A stretch of DNA of 64,000 bases from an uncultured Actinomycetota bacterium. Its GTDB lineage: Bacteria; Actinomycetota; Actinomycetes; Propionibacteriales; Nocardioidaceae. A model generated the notes under the pieces. It did not search any database and had not been told where the DNA came from. It was given only the letters and a program-made list of their open reading frames with translations. Made by a program: the position numbers and the translations under genes. Positions 41,028 through 52,444 of this stretch are shown here, piece by piece. How positions within the stretch are numbered: position 1 is the stretch's first letter; the number at the start of each line of letters is the position of its first letter. The stretch spans positions 152,842 through 216,841 of the forward strand of contig CAVQLE010000005.1 in the NCBI GenBank assembly GCA_963713305.1, given 5' to 3'.

Positions 41028-41819
41028 TCAGATACCGGTCGTCGCGGAGATGAAGCCGCGGATCGAGGCGTTGTTGACCTCGCCGTAGACGCCGGGGAAC
41101 ATCGGGGTCGCGCAGCCGAGGCCGTAGCTCACGATGCCGACCTGGGTGACGCGGCCGGCGACGGTGCCGAAGAGGGGCCCGCCGGAGTCGCCCTGGCAGG
41201 AGTCCCCGCCCAGCGCCTCGGCGCAGACCTCGGAGTCGGGCTGGAAGCCCGCGTTGGTGGTGCAGTTGGCATCGGCCACGGCCGAGACGTCGACCGACTT
41301 GAGGTCCGCCGGGATGAACGGCGAGCCGAAGAACTCGGTGCCCCAGCCGGCCACGGTCAGCGGCGCGCCGTCGGCCTCGAGGCTGTCCTCGCCGACGGCT
41401 GTCAGCGCGATGCTCGGGGACGCGATGTCGGCGGTCACGTGGACCAGGGCCGCGTCGAAGGTGCCGGTGTCGGCGTAGTCGGGGTGGACCACGATCCGGT
41501 CGACGCTCAGCGTCTGGCCGGTGGCGAGGTCGTCGATGTTGGTGCGCCCGACACCGACCTGGATCTCGCCGGGCGCCGTGTCCTGCAGGCAGTGCGCCGC
41601 GGTCAGCACCCAGCGGCTGCTGATGACCGAGCCGCCGCAGAAGTGGCCGGAGGTGCCGTCCTGGCCCTTCGACTGGATCGAGGCCATGAACGGGAACTCG
41701 CCCTCGCCGGCCTGCGAACCGCCGACGATGGCGTCGGCCGGCGACACGGCGAGCGCACCTCCGGCGAGCAGGACCGCTGCGGCGGTGAAGCAGGAGACGA
41801 ATCTGGCGATCGGACGCAC
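41028..41819 (-). CDS. Secreted trypsin-like (S1A) serine protease
   Basis: Signal peptide, IVGG mature N-terminus, LTAAHC, DAAL, CQGDSGGP. Confidence 0.95.
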   Translation of the reverse strand: MRPIARFVSCFTAAAVLLAGGALAVSPADAIVGGSQAGEGEFPFMASIQSKGQDGTSGHFCGGSVISSRWVLTAAHCLQDTAPGEIQVGVGRTNIDDLATGQTLSVDRIVVHPDYADTGTFDAALVHVTADIASPSIALTAVGEDSLEADGAPLTVAGWGTEFFGSPFIPADLKSVDVSAVADANCTTNAGFQPDSEVCAEALGGDSCQGDSGGPLFGTVAGRVTQVGIVSYGLGCATPMFPGVYGEVNNASIRGFISATTGI

Positions 41820-41909
41820 AGGAAGACCTTTCGCAGGGGGTGTGTGGCCTGCACAACGAGCCACGGTGGCCCGGGTTACCCGCGCTGCGCGGACCGATAG
41901 TCTGCCGGG

Positions 41910-43682
41910 GTGCCTGAGACGACACCGCTCCAGAAGGTCCTGATCGCCAACCGCGGCGAGATCGCCGTACGCGTGATCCGTGCCTGCAAGGACAGCGGGA
42001 TCGCGAGTGTCGCGGTGTACGCCGAGCCCGACCGCGACGCGGTCTTCGTCCGGATCGCCGACGAGGCCCACAGCCTCGGTGGCGCCACGCCGGCCGACTC
42101 CTACCTCGACATCGAGAAGATCCTCGACGTCGCCAAGAAGTCCGGCGCCGACTCCGTCCACCCCGGCTACGGCTTCCTCGCCGAGAACGCCGACTTCGCC
42201 CAGGCCGTCCTCGACGCCGGTCTGATCTGGATCGGGCCGCCGCCGAGCGCGATCGAGAACCTCGGCGACAAGGTCAAGGCACGCCACATCGCCGAGAAGG
42301 TCGGCGCGCCTCTTGCCCCCGGCACCAAGGACCCCCTCGAGAACGCCCAGGAGGCCGTGACGTTCGCGGAGGAGAACGGGCTGCCGATCGCGATCAAGGC
42401 CGCCTTCGGTGGCGGCGGCCGCGGGCTGAAGGTCGCGCGGGAGATGTCGGAGGTCGAGGACGCCTTCGAGTCGGCGGTCCGCGAGGCGGTCGGCGCCTTC
42501 GGCCGGGGCGAGTGCTTCGTCGAGAAGTTCCTCGACCAGCCGCGTCACGTCGAGACCCAGTGCCTCGCCGACCAGCACGGCAACGTGGTGGTCGTCTCCA
42601 CGCGCGACTGCTCGCTCCAGCGCCGCCACCAGAAGCTGGTCGAGGAGGCGCCGGCGCCGTTCCTCTCCGACGACCAGGTCGCCCGCCTCTACGAGTCGTC
42701 GAAGGCGATCCTGCGCGAGGCGGGGTACGTCGGGGCCGGCACCTGCGAGTTCCTCGTCGCCAAGGACGGCACGATCTCCTTCCTCGAGGTCAACACCCGG
42801 CTCCAGGTCGAGCACTGCGTCTCCGAGGAGGTCACCGGGATCGACCTGGTGCGCGAGATGTTCCGCATCGCCGCCGGCGAGGAGCTCGGCTACGACGACC
42901 CCGAGGTCCGCGGCCACTCGATCGAGTACCGGATCAACGCCGAGGACGGCGGCGCCAACTTCATGCCCGCCCCCGGCACGCTCACCGCCTGGAGCCCGCC
43001 CCAGGGCCCCGGCGTACGCCTCGACGGTGGCTACGAGAACGGCGAGACGATCCCCGGCTCCTTCGACTCCCTCATCGCGAAGCTGATCGTCACCGGCCGC
43101 GACCGCACCCAGGCACTGGAGCGCTCGCGCCGCGCCCTCGACGAGTTCGTCGTCGACGGCATGCCGACGGTGATCCCGTTCCACCGCGCGGTGGTCGACG
43201 ACCCGGCGTTCATCGGCGACGGCTCCACGTTCGAGGTCTACACGACCTGGATCGAGACCGACTTCGACAACCAGATCACGCCCTACGCCGGCGCGCACGC
43301 CGAGGGTGAGGAGCCCGAGGAGCGGCAGCGGGTGACCGTCGAGGTCGGCGGCAAGCGGATCGAGGTCGTCCTGCCCGGTGGCCTCGGCGGGCTCGCCGCC
43401 GGCGGTGGCGGCGGAGCCAGGAAGCCGAAGCGGACCGGCGGCAAGAAGGCCGGCGCGGCCGCCTCCGGCGACTCGGTGACCAGCCCGATGCAGGGCACGA
43501 TCGTCAAGGTCGTCGTCGAGGAGGGCCAGGAGGTCGCCGAGGGCGACACCGTCGTGGTCCTCGAGGCGATGAAGATGGAGCAGCCGCTCAAGGCCCACAA
43601 GGCCGGCACCGTCACCGGCCTCCAGGCCGAGGTCGGCGCCACCGTCACCAGCGGCGCGGTGATCTGCGAGCTCAAGGACTGA
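41910..43682 (+). CDS. Acetyl/propionyl-CoA carboxylase alpha subunit (biotin carboxylase + BCCP)
   Basis: [39 protein letters not shown]. Confidence 0.96.
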   Translation: MPETTPLQKVLIANRGEIAVRVIRACKDSGIASVAVYAEPDRDAVFVRIADEAHSLGGATPADSYLDIEKILDVAKKSGADSVHPGYGFLAENADFAQAVLDAGLIWIGPPPSAIENLGDKVKARHIAEKVGAPLAPGTKDPLENAQEAVTFAEENGLPIAIKAAFGGGGRGLKVAREMSEVEDAFESAVREAVGAFGRGECFVEKFLDQPRHVETQCLADQHGNVVVVSTRDCSLQRRHQKLVEEAPAPFLSDDQVARLYESSKAILREAGYVGAGTCEFLVAKDGTISFLEVNTRLQVEHCVSEEVTGIDLVREMFRIAAGEELGYDDPEVRGHSIEYRINAEDGGANFMPAPGTLTAWSPPQGPGVRLDGGYENGETIPGSFDSLIAKLIVTGRDRTQALERSRRALDEFVVDGMPTVIPFHRAVVDDPAFIGDGSTFEVYTTWIETDFDNQITPYAGAHAEGEEPEERQRVTVEVGGKRIEVVLPGGLGGLAAGGGGGARKPKRTGGKKAGAAASGDSVTSPMQGTIVKVVVEEGQEVAEGDTVVVLEAMKMEQPLKAHKAGTVTGLQAEVGATVTSGAVICELKD

Positions 43683-43719
43683 GCGGCGGGCTCGTGCACC
43701 CGCCTTCTAGGCTCGGGGC

Positions 43720-44202
43720 GTGACGAAGCTGCGCGAACCCTCCGAGCGGGTCAGCCCGCGCGCCCCCCTGATGTGGACCCTGGGTGCCCTGGCCAACAGC
43801 CTGTTCACGTTCGGCGTCCTGCTGGCGGTGGTCCTCGTGTGGGAGCCGTTCGAGGTGAGCTGGTGGGTGCTCGCCCTGGTCGGGCTGGTCTTCCTCGGCT
43901 ACACGCTCCTCATGCCGCGCTGGCGCTACGCCGTCCACCGCTGGGAGGCGACCGAGTCGGCCGTCTACACCCAGACCGGCTGGTGGAGCATCGAGCAGCG
44001 GATCGCGCCGATGTCGCGGATCCAGACCGTCGACTACGAGGAGGGGGCCTTCGCGCGGCTCTTCGGCCTCGCGTCGGTCACGGTCACGACCGCCTCGGCC
44101 GCGGGCGCGCTCGCGATCGTCGGCCTCGACAAGCGGCTGGCCCGCGAACTGGTCGAGCAGCTGACCCGCCGCGCCGACGCCGTACCGGGCGACGCCACGT
44201 GA
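43720..44202 (+). CDS. YdbS-like bPH_2 membrane protein
   Basis: Two TMs; APMSRIQTVD...RLFGLASVTVTTAS. Confidence 0.9.
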   Translation: MTKLREPSERVSPRAPLMWTLGALANSLFTFGVLLAVVLVWEPFEVSWWVLALVGLVFLGYTLLMPRWRYAVHRWEATESAVYTQTGWWSIEQRIAPMSRIQTVDYEEGAFARLFGLASVTVTTASAAGALAIVGLDKRLARELVEQLTRRADAVPGDAT

Positions 44203-45758
44203 GCGATCCCGGGACCCAGCCGGCGCCGGCCGAGACCCCTCCTGATGAGACACCGTGGCAGCGGCTCGACCGGCGGATGCTGCTGGTCCACCCGATCCGG
44301 GAGCTGATCCGCTTCCTGCCGGCCCTGATCGGCATCTTCCTGGCCGGCGCCGCGACCGATCGCGGCGGGTGGTGGTTCCAGCTGGCGGCCGTGATCCTCC
44401 CGATCGCCCTCGGCCTGGCCCGCTACTTCACGACGCGCTACCGCATCCGCGCCGACCGCGTGGAGCTCAAGCGTGGCCTGCTCAGCACCCACATCCTCTC
44501 GACGCCGCTCGACCGGGTTCGTACGGTCGACCTGTCGGCGTCGCCGGTCCACCGGGTCCTCGGGCTCGCCACGGTCCGGATCGGCACCGGCACCGCCGCC
44601 AAGCTCGGCGAGGAGGGCCTGGACCTCGACGGCCTGCCCTCCGCACGCGCCCGCGCGCTGCGCGGCCAGCTGCTGACCTCGATCGCGACACCCGCCCCGC
44701 CGGCCGAGGACGGCGTACCTCCGGCGCCGGCCGTCGGCGGGGAGCGACTCGTGGCGCGGTTCGAGCCGGGCTGGCTGCGCTACGCGCCGTTCACCTCGGC
44801 CGGCCTCGTCCTGGTCGCCGGTGTCATCGGCGTCGGCAGCCAAGTCCTCGAGGGGCTCGGCTTCTACGACAACCTCGACGGCGAGGCGATCGACGACACG
44901 GTGACCGGTCTCGGCGCGTTCGTCGTCCTCCCCGGCCTCCTGATCGCGGTCGCCGTCCTGGCCGCGGCCTTCTCGGTCCTCGGCTACCTCGTCAGCAACG
45001 GCAACTTCGCGCTCAGCCACACCACCCCCGACGGCTCCTGGCACGTACGCCGCGGGCTGCTCACCACGCGGGAGACGAGCCTCGACGACGACCGGCTGCG
45101 GGGGGTCGCGCTCGGCGAGCCGTGGGGGCTGCGGGTCGTGAGGGGCGGCCGGCTCAGCGCGATCGTGACCGGGCTCGACCGCAGCGAGTCCGGGAGCTCG
45201 GCGCTCCTGCCGCCGACCCCGCGCGGACTGGTCGAACGGGTCGCCGGCGAGGTGGTCGGTACGGCGGAGCCGGTGGTCGCGCCGCTCGCCGACCACGGGC
45301 CCCGCGCCCGGACCCGTCGCTACACCCGGGCGCTCGTGCCTGCCGCCGTCGTCGCCGTGGTGCCGGTCGTGCTCGCGGTCGCCACCGACCTCGGCGTCCT
45401 CGCCGTCCTCGCCGTGATCCCCCTGCTGCTCGCCCTCGGACTGGGAGTCGACCGCGCCAGCTCCCTCGGTCACGCCCTGGTGGGCGAGTGGCTGGTGGCC
45501 CGCTCCGGCAGCCTGACCCGCAAGCGCGAGCTGCTCGCGACCGACGCGATCATCGGCTGGAACGTGCGGAGCAGCTGGTTCCAGCGCCGCGCCGGCCTGG
45601 TCACCCTCGTCGCCACCACCGCCGGCGGAAACCAGTCGGTCACCGTCCTCGACGTACCCTCCCCCGCCGCCGTGGACCTCGCCCGCGCCGCCGTCCCCGG
45701 CCTGCTCGATCAGTTCACCGAGCGCAGTCAGTCAGTGGTCTCGACGGCCGACCGCTGA
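44199..45758 (+). CDS. YdbT-like multi-bPH_2 membrane protein
   Basis: Repeated bPH_2 units (RVLGLATVRIGT, FQRRAGLVTL..TTAGG); GTGA overlap with the previous gene. Confidence 0.9.
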   Translation: MSDPGTQPAPAETPPDETPWQRLDRRMLLVHPIRELIRFLPALIGIFLAGAATDRGGWWFQLAAVILPIALGLARYFTTRYRIRADRVELKRGLLSTHILSTPLDRVRTVDLSASPVHRVLGLATVRIGTGTAAKLGEEGLDLDGLPSARARALRGQLLTSIATPAPPAEDGVPPAPAVGGERLVARFEPGWLRYAPFTSAGLVLVAGVIGVGSQVLEGLGFYDNLDGEAIDDTVTGLGAFVVLPGLLIAVAVLAAAFSVLGYLVSNGNFALSHTTPDGSWHVRRGLLTTRETSLDDDRLRGVALGEPWGLRVVRGGRLSAIVTGLDRSESGSSALLPPTPRGLVERVAGEVVGTAEPVVAPLADHGPRARTRRYTRALVPAAVVAVVPVVLAVATDLGVLAVLAVIPLLLALGLGVDRASSLGHALVGEWLVARSGSLTRKRELLATDAIIGWNVRSSWFQRRAGLVTLVATTAGGNQSVTVLDVPSPAAVDLARAAVPGLLDQFTERSQSVVSTADR

Positions 45759-46188
45759 GCACGTTGGTCGAGCCGACCGAGCCGCTAGGCGAGGGCGAGT
45801 CGAGACCACCCGTACGTAGGTGCGGCATTGGTCTCGACAGCCGCTCGCTGCGCTCGCTGCTCGACCAACTGGGTCAGAGGTCTCGACAGCCGACCGCTGA
45901 GCAAGTTGGTCGAGCCGACCGAGCCGCTAGGCGAGGGCGAGTCGAGACCACCCGTACGTGGTGCGGCATTGGTCTCGACAGCCGCTCGCTGCGCTCGCTG
46001 CTCGACCAACTGGGTCAGAGGTCTCGACAGCCGCCCGCTGAGCAAGTTGGTCGAGCCGACCGAGCCGCTAGGCGAGGGCGAGTCGAGACCACCCGTACGT
46101 GGTGCGGCATTGGTCTCGACAGCCGCTCGCTGCGCTCGCTGCTCGACCAACTGGGTCAGAGGTCTCGACAGCCGCCCGCTGCTCGACC
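45737..46188. repeat. Tandem array of REP-like palindromic units (141-142 bp x3 plus a partial 4th), BIME-like
   Basis: Unit starts at 45737, 45879, 46020 and 46161, nearly identical; modules bounded by GGTCTCGAC...CTCGACC occur in both orientations. Confidence 0.93.
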
Positions 46189-46195
46189 ACATGAC

Positions 46196-47437
46196 TCAGC
46201 AGTCGCCGCGCTCCACGCTGCGACAGTCGTCCTTCCCACCCTGGCCGTAGCCGACGTCGGTGCCGGCGCCGCCGTCGAGCAGGTCGTCGCGGGTGGTGCC
46301 GGTGATCTGGTCGGCGCCGCCACCCATGTGCGCGCGCAACGGCCCGCCCTGGATCGCCCACACGCGCTCGGCCGCCGGTCCACCCACGAACGCCCAGCGC
46401 AGCGACCCGATGAGACGGTGCCGCTCGAAGCCGTCGATGGTGCCGGTGGCGGTGCGGTCTCCAGAAGCCCTGGTGACGCCGGTCCGGTAGTCGATGGCGA
46501 ACCGCGCCCGCGGCGACTGCCCCGCCAGCAGCGACCCGTAGAACGCGATCGCGTCGTGGCCCGGCCCGCCCCGCGCGGCGGCGCCCTTGCCGGGAGTGAC
46601 GTTCTGCCCGAGGTAGTCGTCACCGGGACCGAGGTCGACCGTGGACGGACTGCTGCTGAACGCCTCGACGAAGTCGGCCCCACGGCCGGTGCTGATCTGG
46701 TCGCGACCGGCCAGGCTGGAGACCAGGTCGCTGCCGGGCCCGGTCTCGACGACGTCGCGCCCCTCCGAGCCCCCCAACCCGTCCGGGTAGACCAGGTCGA
46801 CGCCGTCGCCGGTCGAGATCGTGTCGGACCCGGCGCCGGCGTAGACCCGGTCGGTGCGGGGTGAGCCCGTGATCTTGTCGGCGTACGGCGTGCCGATGAC
46901 TCCGTGTGCCGCGCCGAGGACGATCGTGTCGGAGCCCTCGCCTCTGGCGCTGCCGAAGCCGGCCTGCTTCCTGCCCGAGAGGTCGATGACGACACGCCGG
47001 GGCGCCCCGGCCCAGGAGTAGGTGTCGGGCCGCCGGCGGTGATCCACGCGCCGGGTGTCCCTGCCGCCGTCGAGCCGGTCGTCGCCGGCCCCACCGGCCA
47101 GCACGTCGCCGACCAGGTAGGTGCCGCCCGGACCGTCGACTTCCTTGTCGAGGCCGCCGAAGAGCCGGTCGTCGCCGCCACCGCCGACCAGCCGGTCGGC
47201 GCCCGGCCCGCCACAGATCACGTCGTCGCCGCCGAGCCCGTCGATCGTGTCGTCGCCGCCGAGGCCCACGATGACGTCGGCCCGCATGGTCCCGCTGAGC
47301 TTGTCGGCGCCGTGGGTGCCGACGACCGTGGCCGCGCGGCCGTCGCAGCGGGGCAGCCCGGCGGCGACGGTGCCGGGCACGATGCTGACGAGGGGGACGG
47401 TGAGCAGGAGGGGGATGACCCTGCGGAGGGCGCGCAT
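46196..47437 (-). CDS. Secreted RTX/hemolysin-type calcium-binding repeat protein
   Basis: Signal peptide; CDGRAATVVGT; many GGxGxD nonapeptides. Confidence 0.9.
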   Translation of the reverse strand: MRALRRVIPLLLTVPLVSIVPGTVAAGLPRCDGRAATVVGTHGADKLSGTMRADVIVGLGGDDTIDGLGGDDVICGGPGADRLVGGGGDDRLFGGLDKEVDGPGGTYLVGDVLAGGAGDDRLDGGRDTRRVDHRRRPDTYSWAGAPRRVVIDLSGRKQAGFGSARGEGSDTIVLGAAHGVIGTPYADKITGSPRTDRVYAGAGSDTISTGDGVDLVYPDGLGGSEGRDVVETGPGSDLVSSLAGRDQISTGRGADFVEAFSSSPSTVDLGPGDDYLGQNVTPGKGAAARGGPGHDAIAFYGSLLAGQSPRARFAIDYRTGVTRASGDRTATGTIDGFERHRLIGSLRWAFVGGPAAERVWAIQGGPLRAHMGGGADQITGTTRDDLLDGGAGTDVGYGQGGKDDCRSVERGDC

Positions 47438-47553
47438 CAGAGACTCCAGACGGGTGGGGAAGACCGCCTCCATGATCACCCGCCAAGGGCCGCCCATCCC
47501 GGCCACTGAGCCGACCCGGCGAGTCGCCCGGCCGGCCTCGATAGCCTCGGCGC

Positions 47554-50500
47554 ATGTTCTCCAAGGTGCTCGTCGCCAACCGCGGCGAGATCGCGATCCG
47601 CGCGTTCCGCGCCGCCTACGAGGTCGGCGCGAAGACGGTCGCGGTGTTCCCCCACGAGGATCGCGGGTCCGAGCACCGGCTCAAGGCCGACGAGGCCTAC
47701 CAGATCGGCGAGCGCGGCCACCCGGTCCGCGCCTACCTCGACCCCGAGGCGATCGTCGACGTCGCGGTCCGCTCCGGCGCCGACGCGGTCTACCCCGGCT
47801 ACGGATTCCTGTCGGAGAACCCCGCGCTCGCGGAGGCGTGCGCCAACGCCGGCATCACCTTCATCGGCCCGACCTCGGACGTGCTCACCCTCACCGGCAA
47901 CAAGGCCCGCGCCATCGCCGCGGCCGAGGCCGCCGGCGTACCCACGCTGGCCAGCATCGAGCCGTCGACGGACGCCGACGCGCTGATCGAGGCCGCCGAG
48001 GAGCTGACGTACCCGCTGTTCGTGAAGGCCGTCGCCGGCGGCGGCGGACGCGGCATGCGCCGGGTCGACCAGCCGGCCGGTCTCCGCGAGGCCGTCGAGA
48101 CCTGCATGCGCGAGGCGGAGGGCGCGTTCGGCGACCCGACCGTCTTCATCGAGCAGGCCGTGGTCGACCCGCGCCACATCGAGGTGCAGGTCCTGGCCGA
48201 CGGCGAGGGCAACGTGATCCACCTCTTCGAGCGCGACTGCTCGGTGCAGCGGCGCCACCAGAAGGTCATCGAGATCGCGCCCGCGCCCAACCTCGACCCG
48301 GACCTGCGGGACCGGATGTGTGCCGACGCGGTGCGCTTCGCCCAGGAGATCGGCTACCGCAACGCCGGCACGGTGGAGTTCCTGCTCGACCCCGACGGCC
48401 ACTACGTCTTCATCGAGATGAACCCGCGGATCCAGGTCGAGCACACCGTGACCGAGGAGGTCACCGACGTCGACCTCGTCCAGTCCCAGCTGCGGATCGC
48501 GTCGGGCGAGACGCTCGCCGACCTCGGCCTCAGCCAGGAGTCCGTGCAGCTGCGCGGTGCCGCGCTGCAGTGCCGGATCACGACCGAGGACCCGGCCAAC
48601 AACTTCCGCCCCGACACCGGCCGGATCACGACCTACCGCTCCCCCGGCGGCGCCGGCGTCCGCCTCGACGGCGGTACGACGTACACGGGTGCGGAGGTGT
48701 CCGCCCACTTCGACTCGATGCTGGCCAAGCTCACCTGCCGCGGCCGGACCTTCGACAAGGCCGTCGACCGGGCGCGCCGGGCGGTCGCGGAGTTCCGGAT
48801 CCGCGGCGTCTCCACCAACATCCCGTTCCTGCAGGCGGTGCTCGACGACCCCGACTTCGCGGCCGGCGGCGTCACGACGTCGTTCATCGAGACCCACCCG
48901 CAGCTGCTGACCGCCCGCGGCGTCGGCGACCGCGGCACCAAGCTCCTCACCTACCTCGCGGACGTGACCGTCAACCAGCCGCACGGTGCGGCGCCGGTCG
49001 ACCTCGACCCGGCGACCAAGCTGCCGGACGTCGACCTGCAGGTGCCCGCCCCCGACGGCACCCGCCAGCTGCTGCTCGAGGTCGGGCCCGAGGAGTTCGC
49101 CCGGCGGCTCCGGGCGCAGGACCGGGTCGCGGTCACCGAGACCACGTTCCGCGACGCCCACCAGTCGCTGCTGGCCACCCGGGTCCGCACCCGCGACCTC
49201 GTCGCCGTCGCCGGCCACTCCGCGCGGATGACGCCCGAGCTGTGGTCGCTCGAGGCCTGGGGCGGGGCGACGTACGACGTGGCGCTGCGCTTCCTGGCCG
49301 AGGACCCGTGGGAGCGGCTGGCCGCGCTGCGCCAGGCGACCCCCAACATCTGCCTGCAGATGCTGCTGCGCGGCCGCAACACGGTCGGCTACACGCCGTA
49401 CCCGACCGAGGTCACGCGGGCGTTCGTGCAGGAGGCGGCCGAGACCGGGATCGACGTGTTCCGGATCTTCGACGCGCTCAACGACGTGGAGCAGATGCGG
49501 CCGGCGATCGAGGCCGTGCGCGAGACCGGGACCACCGTCGCCGAGGTCGCGCTCTGCTACACCGGCGACCTCTCCGACCCGGGCGAGCAGCTCTACACGC
49601 TCGACTACTACCTCGCCCTGGCCGAGCGGATCGTCGACGCCGGCGCCCACGTGCTGGCGATCAAGGACATGGCCGGCCTGCTGCGGGCGCCCGCCGCGCG
49701 GACCCTGGTCACGGCGCTGCGCGACCGCTTCGACCTGCCGGTCCACCTCCACACCCACGACACCCCCGGCGGCCAGCTCGCGACCCTGGTCGCCGCGATC
49801 GAGGCGGGCGTGGACGCCGTCGACGCCGCCAGCGCGCCGATGGCCGGTACGACGTCGCAGCCGTCGCTCTCGGCGCTGGTCGCCGCGACCGACCACTCGC
49901 CGCGCGAGACCGGGCTGTCGCTGGACGCGCTGTTCGAGCTGGAGCCCTACTGGGAGGCGACCCGCCGCGTCTACGCACCCTTCGAGTCCGGCCTGCCGTC
50001 GCCGACCGGCCGCGTCTACACCCACGAGATCCCCGGCGGGCAGCTCTCCAACCTGCGCCAGCAGGCGATCGCGCTGGGGCTGGGCGAGAAGTTCGAGCAG
50101 ATCGAGGACATGTACGCCGCCGCCAACCGGATCCTCGGCAACGTGGTCAAGGTGACCCCGTCGTCCAAGGTCGTCGGCGACCTCGCCCTCCACCTGGTCG
50201 CGGTCGGCGCCGATCCGACGGCGTTCGCCGACGAACCGTCGAAGTTCGACATCCCCGACTCGGTCATCGGCTTCCTCAACGGCGAGCTCGGCGACCCGCC
50301 CGGCGGCTGGCCCGAGCCGTTCCGGACCAAGGCCCTGGAGGGGCGCACCTGGAAGGCGCCGGCCGAGTCGCTCGACGACGACGCGCGCGCCGGGCTCGAG
50401 GGCGGGCCGACCTCGCGGCGCCGTACCCTCAACCGGCTGCTGTTCCCGGGCCCCACAAAGGACTTCGAGGAGTCTCGCGAGACGTACGGCGACGTCTCCG

Positions 50501-50944
50501 TCCTCCCCACCCTCGACTACCTCTACGGGCTGCGGCCCGGCGACGAGCACTCCGTCACCATCGGCGAGGGCAAGACCGTGCTGTTCGGCTCTGGAGGCGA
50601 TCAGCGAGCCCGACGAGCGCGGCTTCCGCACCGTCCTGGCCACCATCAACGGCCACATGCGCCCGGTGTCCATCCGCGACACCTCCGTCTCCGCCGAGGT
50701 CGCCGCCGCCGAGAAGGCGGACACGTCGCAGCCGGGCCAGGTCGCCGCCCCCTTCCAGGGCGCCGTCACGCTCGTCGTCGACGAGGGCGACGCCGTCTCC
50801 GCCGGCGACACCGTCGCCACCATCGAGGCCATGAAGATGGAGGCCGCCATCACCTCACCCATCGCGGGGACGGTCGAGCGCCTCGCCATCGCCGGCACCC
50901 AGCAGGTCGACGGTGGTGACCTGATCCTGGTGGTCTCGGGCTGA
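47554..50944 (+). CDS. pyc: Pyruvate carboxylase (frameshift near 50590)
   Basis: BC domain (ANRGEIA, EMNPRIQVEH), CT domain (FRDAHQSL, HLHTHDT), BCCP EAMKM in a shifted frame. Confidence 0.97.
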
Positions 50945-51152
50945 CGCCGCCGACTCATTCGTGGCGTCAGCGAAGCCACGTGTAGGCCACAGACCTCTTC
51001 GAAACGACGTCCCTCACGGCGACTCGGTGGGTGCCGAGCTGAGCCGTTCTCATGCCGTGGCGGCCTCCCGAGGGCTAGCTCGAGTCACCGAATTGATTGC
51101 GAAATTTCGATGACGCAGCACCTGTGGAAAGCTGATGGTTGAGGGGGATTCC

Positions 51153-51174
51153 TGTCAGTGGTCCCTGCTTGAGT
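51153..51174 (+). promoter_or_regulatory. RecA-NDp/PafBC-like promoter (TGTCAGTG-N8-TTGAGT)
   Basis: Matches TGTCRGTG-N8-TAnnnT with one -10 mismatch; 5 nt before ATG 51180. Confidence 0.5.
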
Positions 51175-51179
51175 GACCC

Positions 51180-52421
51180 ATGACAACAGATCACTTCGAC
51201 TCGATGCACCCGGTGGCGGCCGCCGTCGACGTGGTGCGCGGGGAGTTGGCTGCGGTCTCTCAGACGCCTGTGTGGTCGATGAGCACGGCCGAGACCGAGA
51301 GGGCCCTGGTCGACGTCACCCGGCTCGCCTCGCAGGTCGCGCAGCTGCAGCTGAAGCTGCTGACCCATGCAGAGCGGCTCGAGGTCGGGGTGTCGGTGGG
51401 GGCGACGTCGGCGGCGAACTGGCTGGCCCACACCACGCGTACGACGCGGCCGGCGGTCCACCGTGCGGCTCGGTTGGCAGACCGGCTGGACTCCGCGCAC
51501 CCGGCCGTCGACGAGGCGCTGGCATGCGCGGAGATCAACCTCGAGCAGGCGCACGTGATCGTGGAAGCCGTCGACGCGCTCCCTGCCGACCTCGTCGACG
51601 CCGAGACGCGCGAGGAGGCGGAGGCGTTCTTGCTCCGTGAGGCGCGTGACCACGATGCGAAGGCGCTGCGGATCATGGGACGACGGCTGCTCGAGGTGGC
51701 CGCCCCCGAGAAGGCTGACGCCGAGGAAGCCCGCCGCCTGGAGGACGAGGAAGCCGCCGCCCGAGCTGCGGCGTCGTTCACCATGTCCGACGACGGGCAC
51801 GGCAAGTGCCACGGCCGGTTCACGATCTCCTCGCTGCACGGGTCGATGCTCCGCAAGGCACTGCTCGCGATCGCGGCTCCGGCCCGTCACCCCGACCGGT
51901 CCGCGGACCTGCTGACCAAGCACAAGCTCGGGCTCGCGTTCATGGAGTACATCGAGACCCGCCCCGAAGCCACGGTCCCCACCGCCGGCGGCTGTGCCGC
52001 CACCGTGGTAGTCACCATCGAGCTGGACTCCCTGATGGGTGGCCTCAAGGCCGCCGGACTGTGCGACGGCACCCGCATCAGCGCAGGTGAGGCGCGGCGG
52101 ATGGCCTGTCTGGCCGGAGTCATCCCGGTCGTGCTCGGCGGGAAGTCCGAACCCGTCGACGTCGGCCGGAAGCGTCGCTTTCACAGCAAAGCGCAGCGGA
52201 TCGCGATGGGCGTGCGGGACGGTGGCTGCACCGCCGAGGGCTGTGACCGTCCCCCGTCGATGTGCCACGCCCACCACGACGAACCCTGGAGCCGGGACGG
52301 CAACACCGACGTCAAGACCGGCCGCCTCCTCTGCGCAAGGCACCACACCCTGGCCCACGACCGCCGCTACCAGCTCAAAGCCGGCCCCAACGGGAAAGTT
52401 GCGTTCAGCAGACGCACGTGA
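51180..52421 (+). CDS. DUF222-HNH endonuclease (13E12-repeat type)
   Basis: ARRMAC..GVIPVV, RDGGCTAEGC, CHAHH..PW..GNT..LLC..HH. Confidence 0.93.
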   Translation: MTTDHFDSMHPVAAAVDVVRGELAAVSQTPVWSMSTAETERALVDVTRLASQVAQLQLKLLTHAERLEVGVSVGATSAANWLAHTTRTTRPAVHRAARLADRLDSAHPAVDEALACAEINLEQAHVIVEAVDALPADLVDAETREEAEAFLLREARDHDAKALRIMGRRLLEVAAPEKADAEEARRLEDEEAAARAAASFTMSDDGHGKCHGRFTISSLHGSMLRKALLAIAAPARHPDRSADLLTKHKLGLAFMEYIETRPEATVPTAGGCAATVVVTIELDSLMGGLKAAGLCDGTRISAGEARRMACLAGVIPVVLGGKSEPVDVGRKRRFHSKAQRIAMGVRDGGCTAEGCDRPPSMCHAHHDEPWSRDGNTDVKTGRLLCARHHTLAHDRRYQLKAGPNGKVAFSRRT

Positions 52422-52444
52422 GTAACCGCGTACACAATTCTGGG

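Noticed and set aside
45737-46188. CRISPR array
   Set aside because: Whole 141-bp units are near-identical with no unique spacers, and there are no cas genes in the window.
45785-46250. Repeat-peptide ORFs (45785-46192 minus, 45828-46250 plus)
   Set aside because: The 141-bp period is a multiple of 3, so open frames arise automatically; no RBS or codon-bias support.
46196-47437. RTX toxin system
   Set aside because: Sec-type signal peptide, no toxin domain and no type I secretion genes; such Ca-binding repeat proteins are common in Actinobacteria.
26554-50944. Biosynthetic gene cluster suggested by several carboxylases and acyl-CoA dehydrogenases
   Set aside because: This is the conserved actinobacterial purK-birA-accD-maf-accA backbone; no PKS, NRPS or tailoring genes.
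47121-50979. Long overlapping or antisense ORFs (1237 aa and 1167 aa; likewise 169-2868, 44255-46864 and the upstream part of 41028-43598)
   Set aside because: Shadow frames of real high-GC genes: Arg/Pro/Gly-rich or antisense-pattern sequences with no motifs.
50945-51120. tRNA or other ncRNA in the pyc-HNH intergenic region
   Set aside because: Only short hairpins; no T-loop or cloverleaf pattern could be built.
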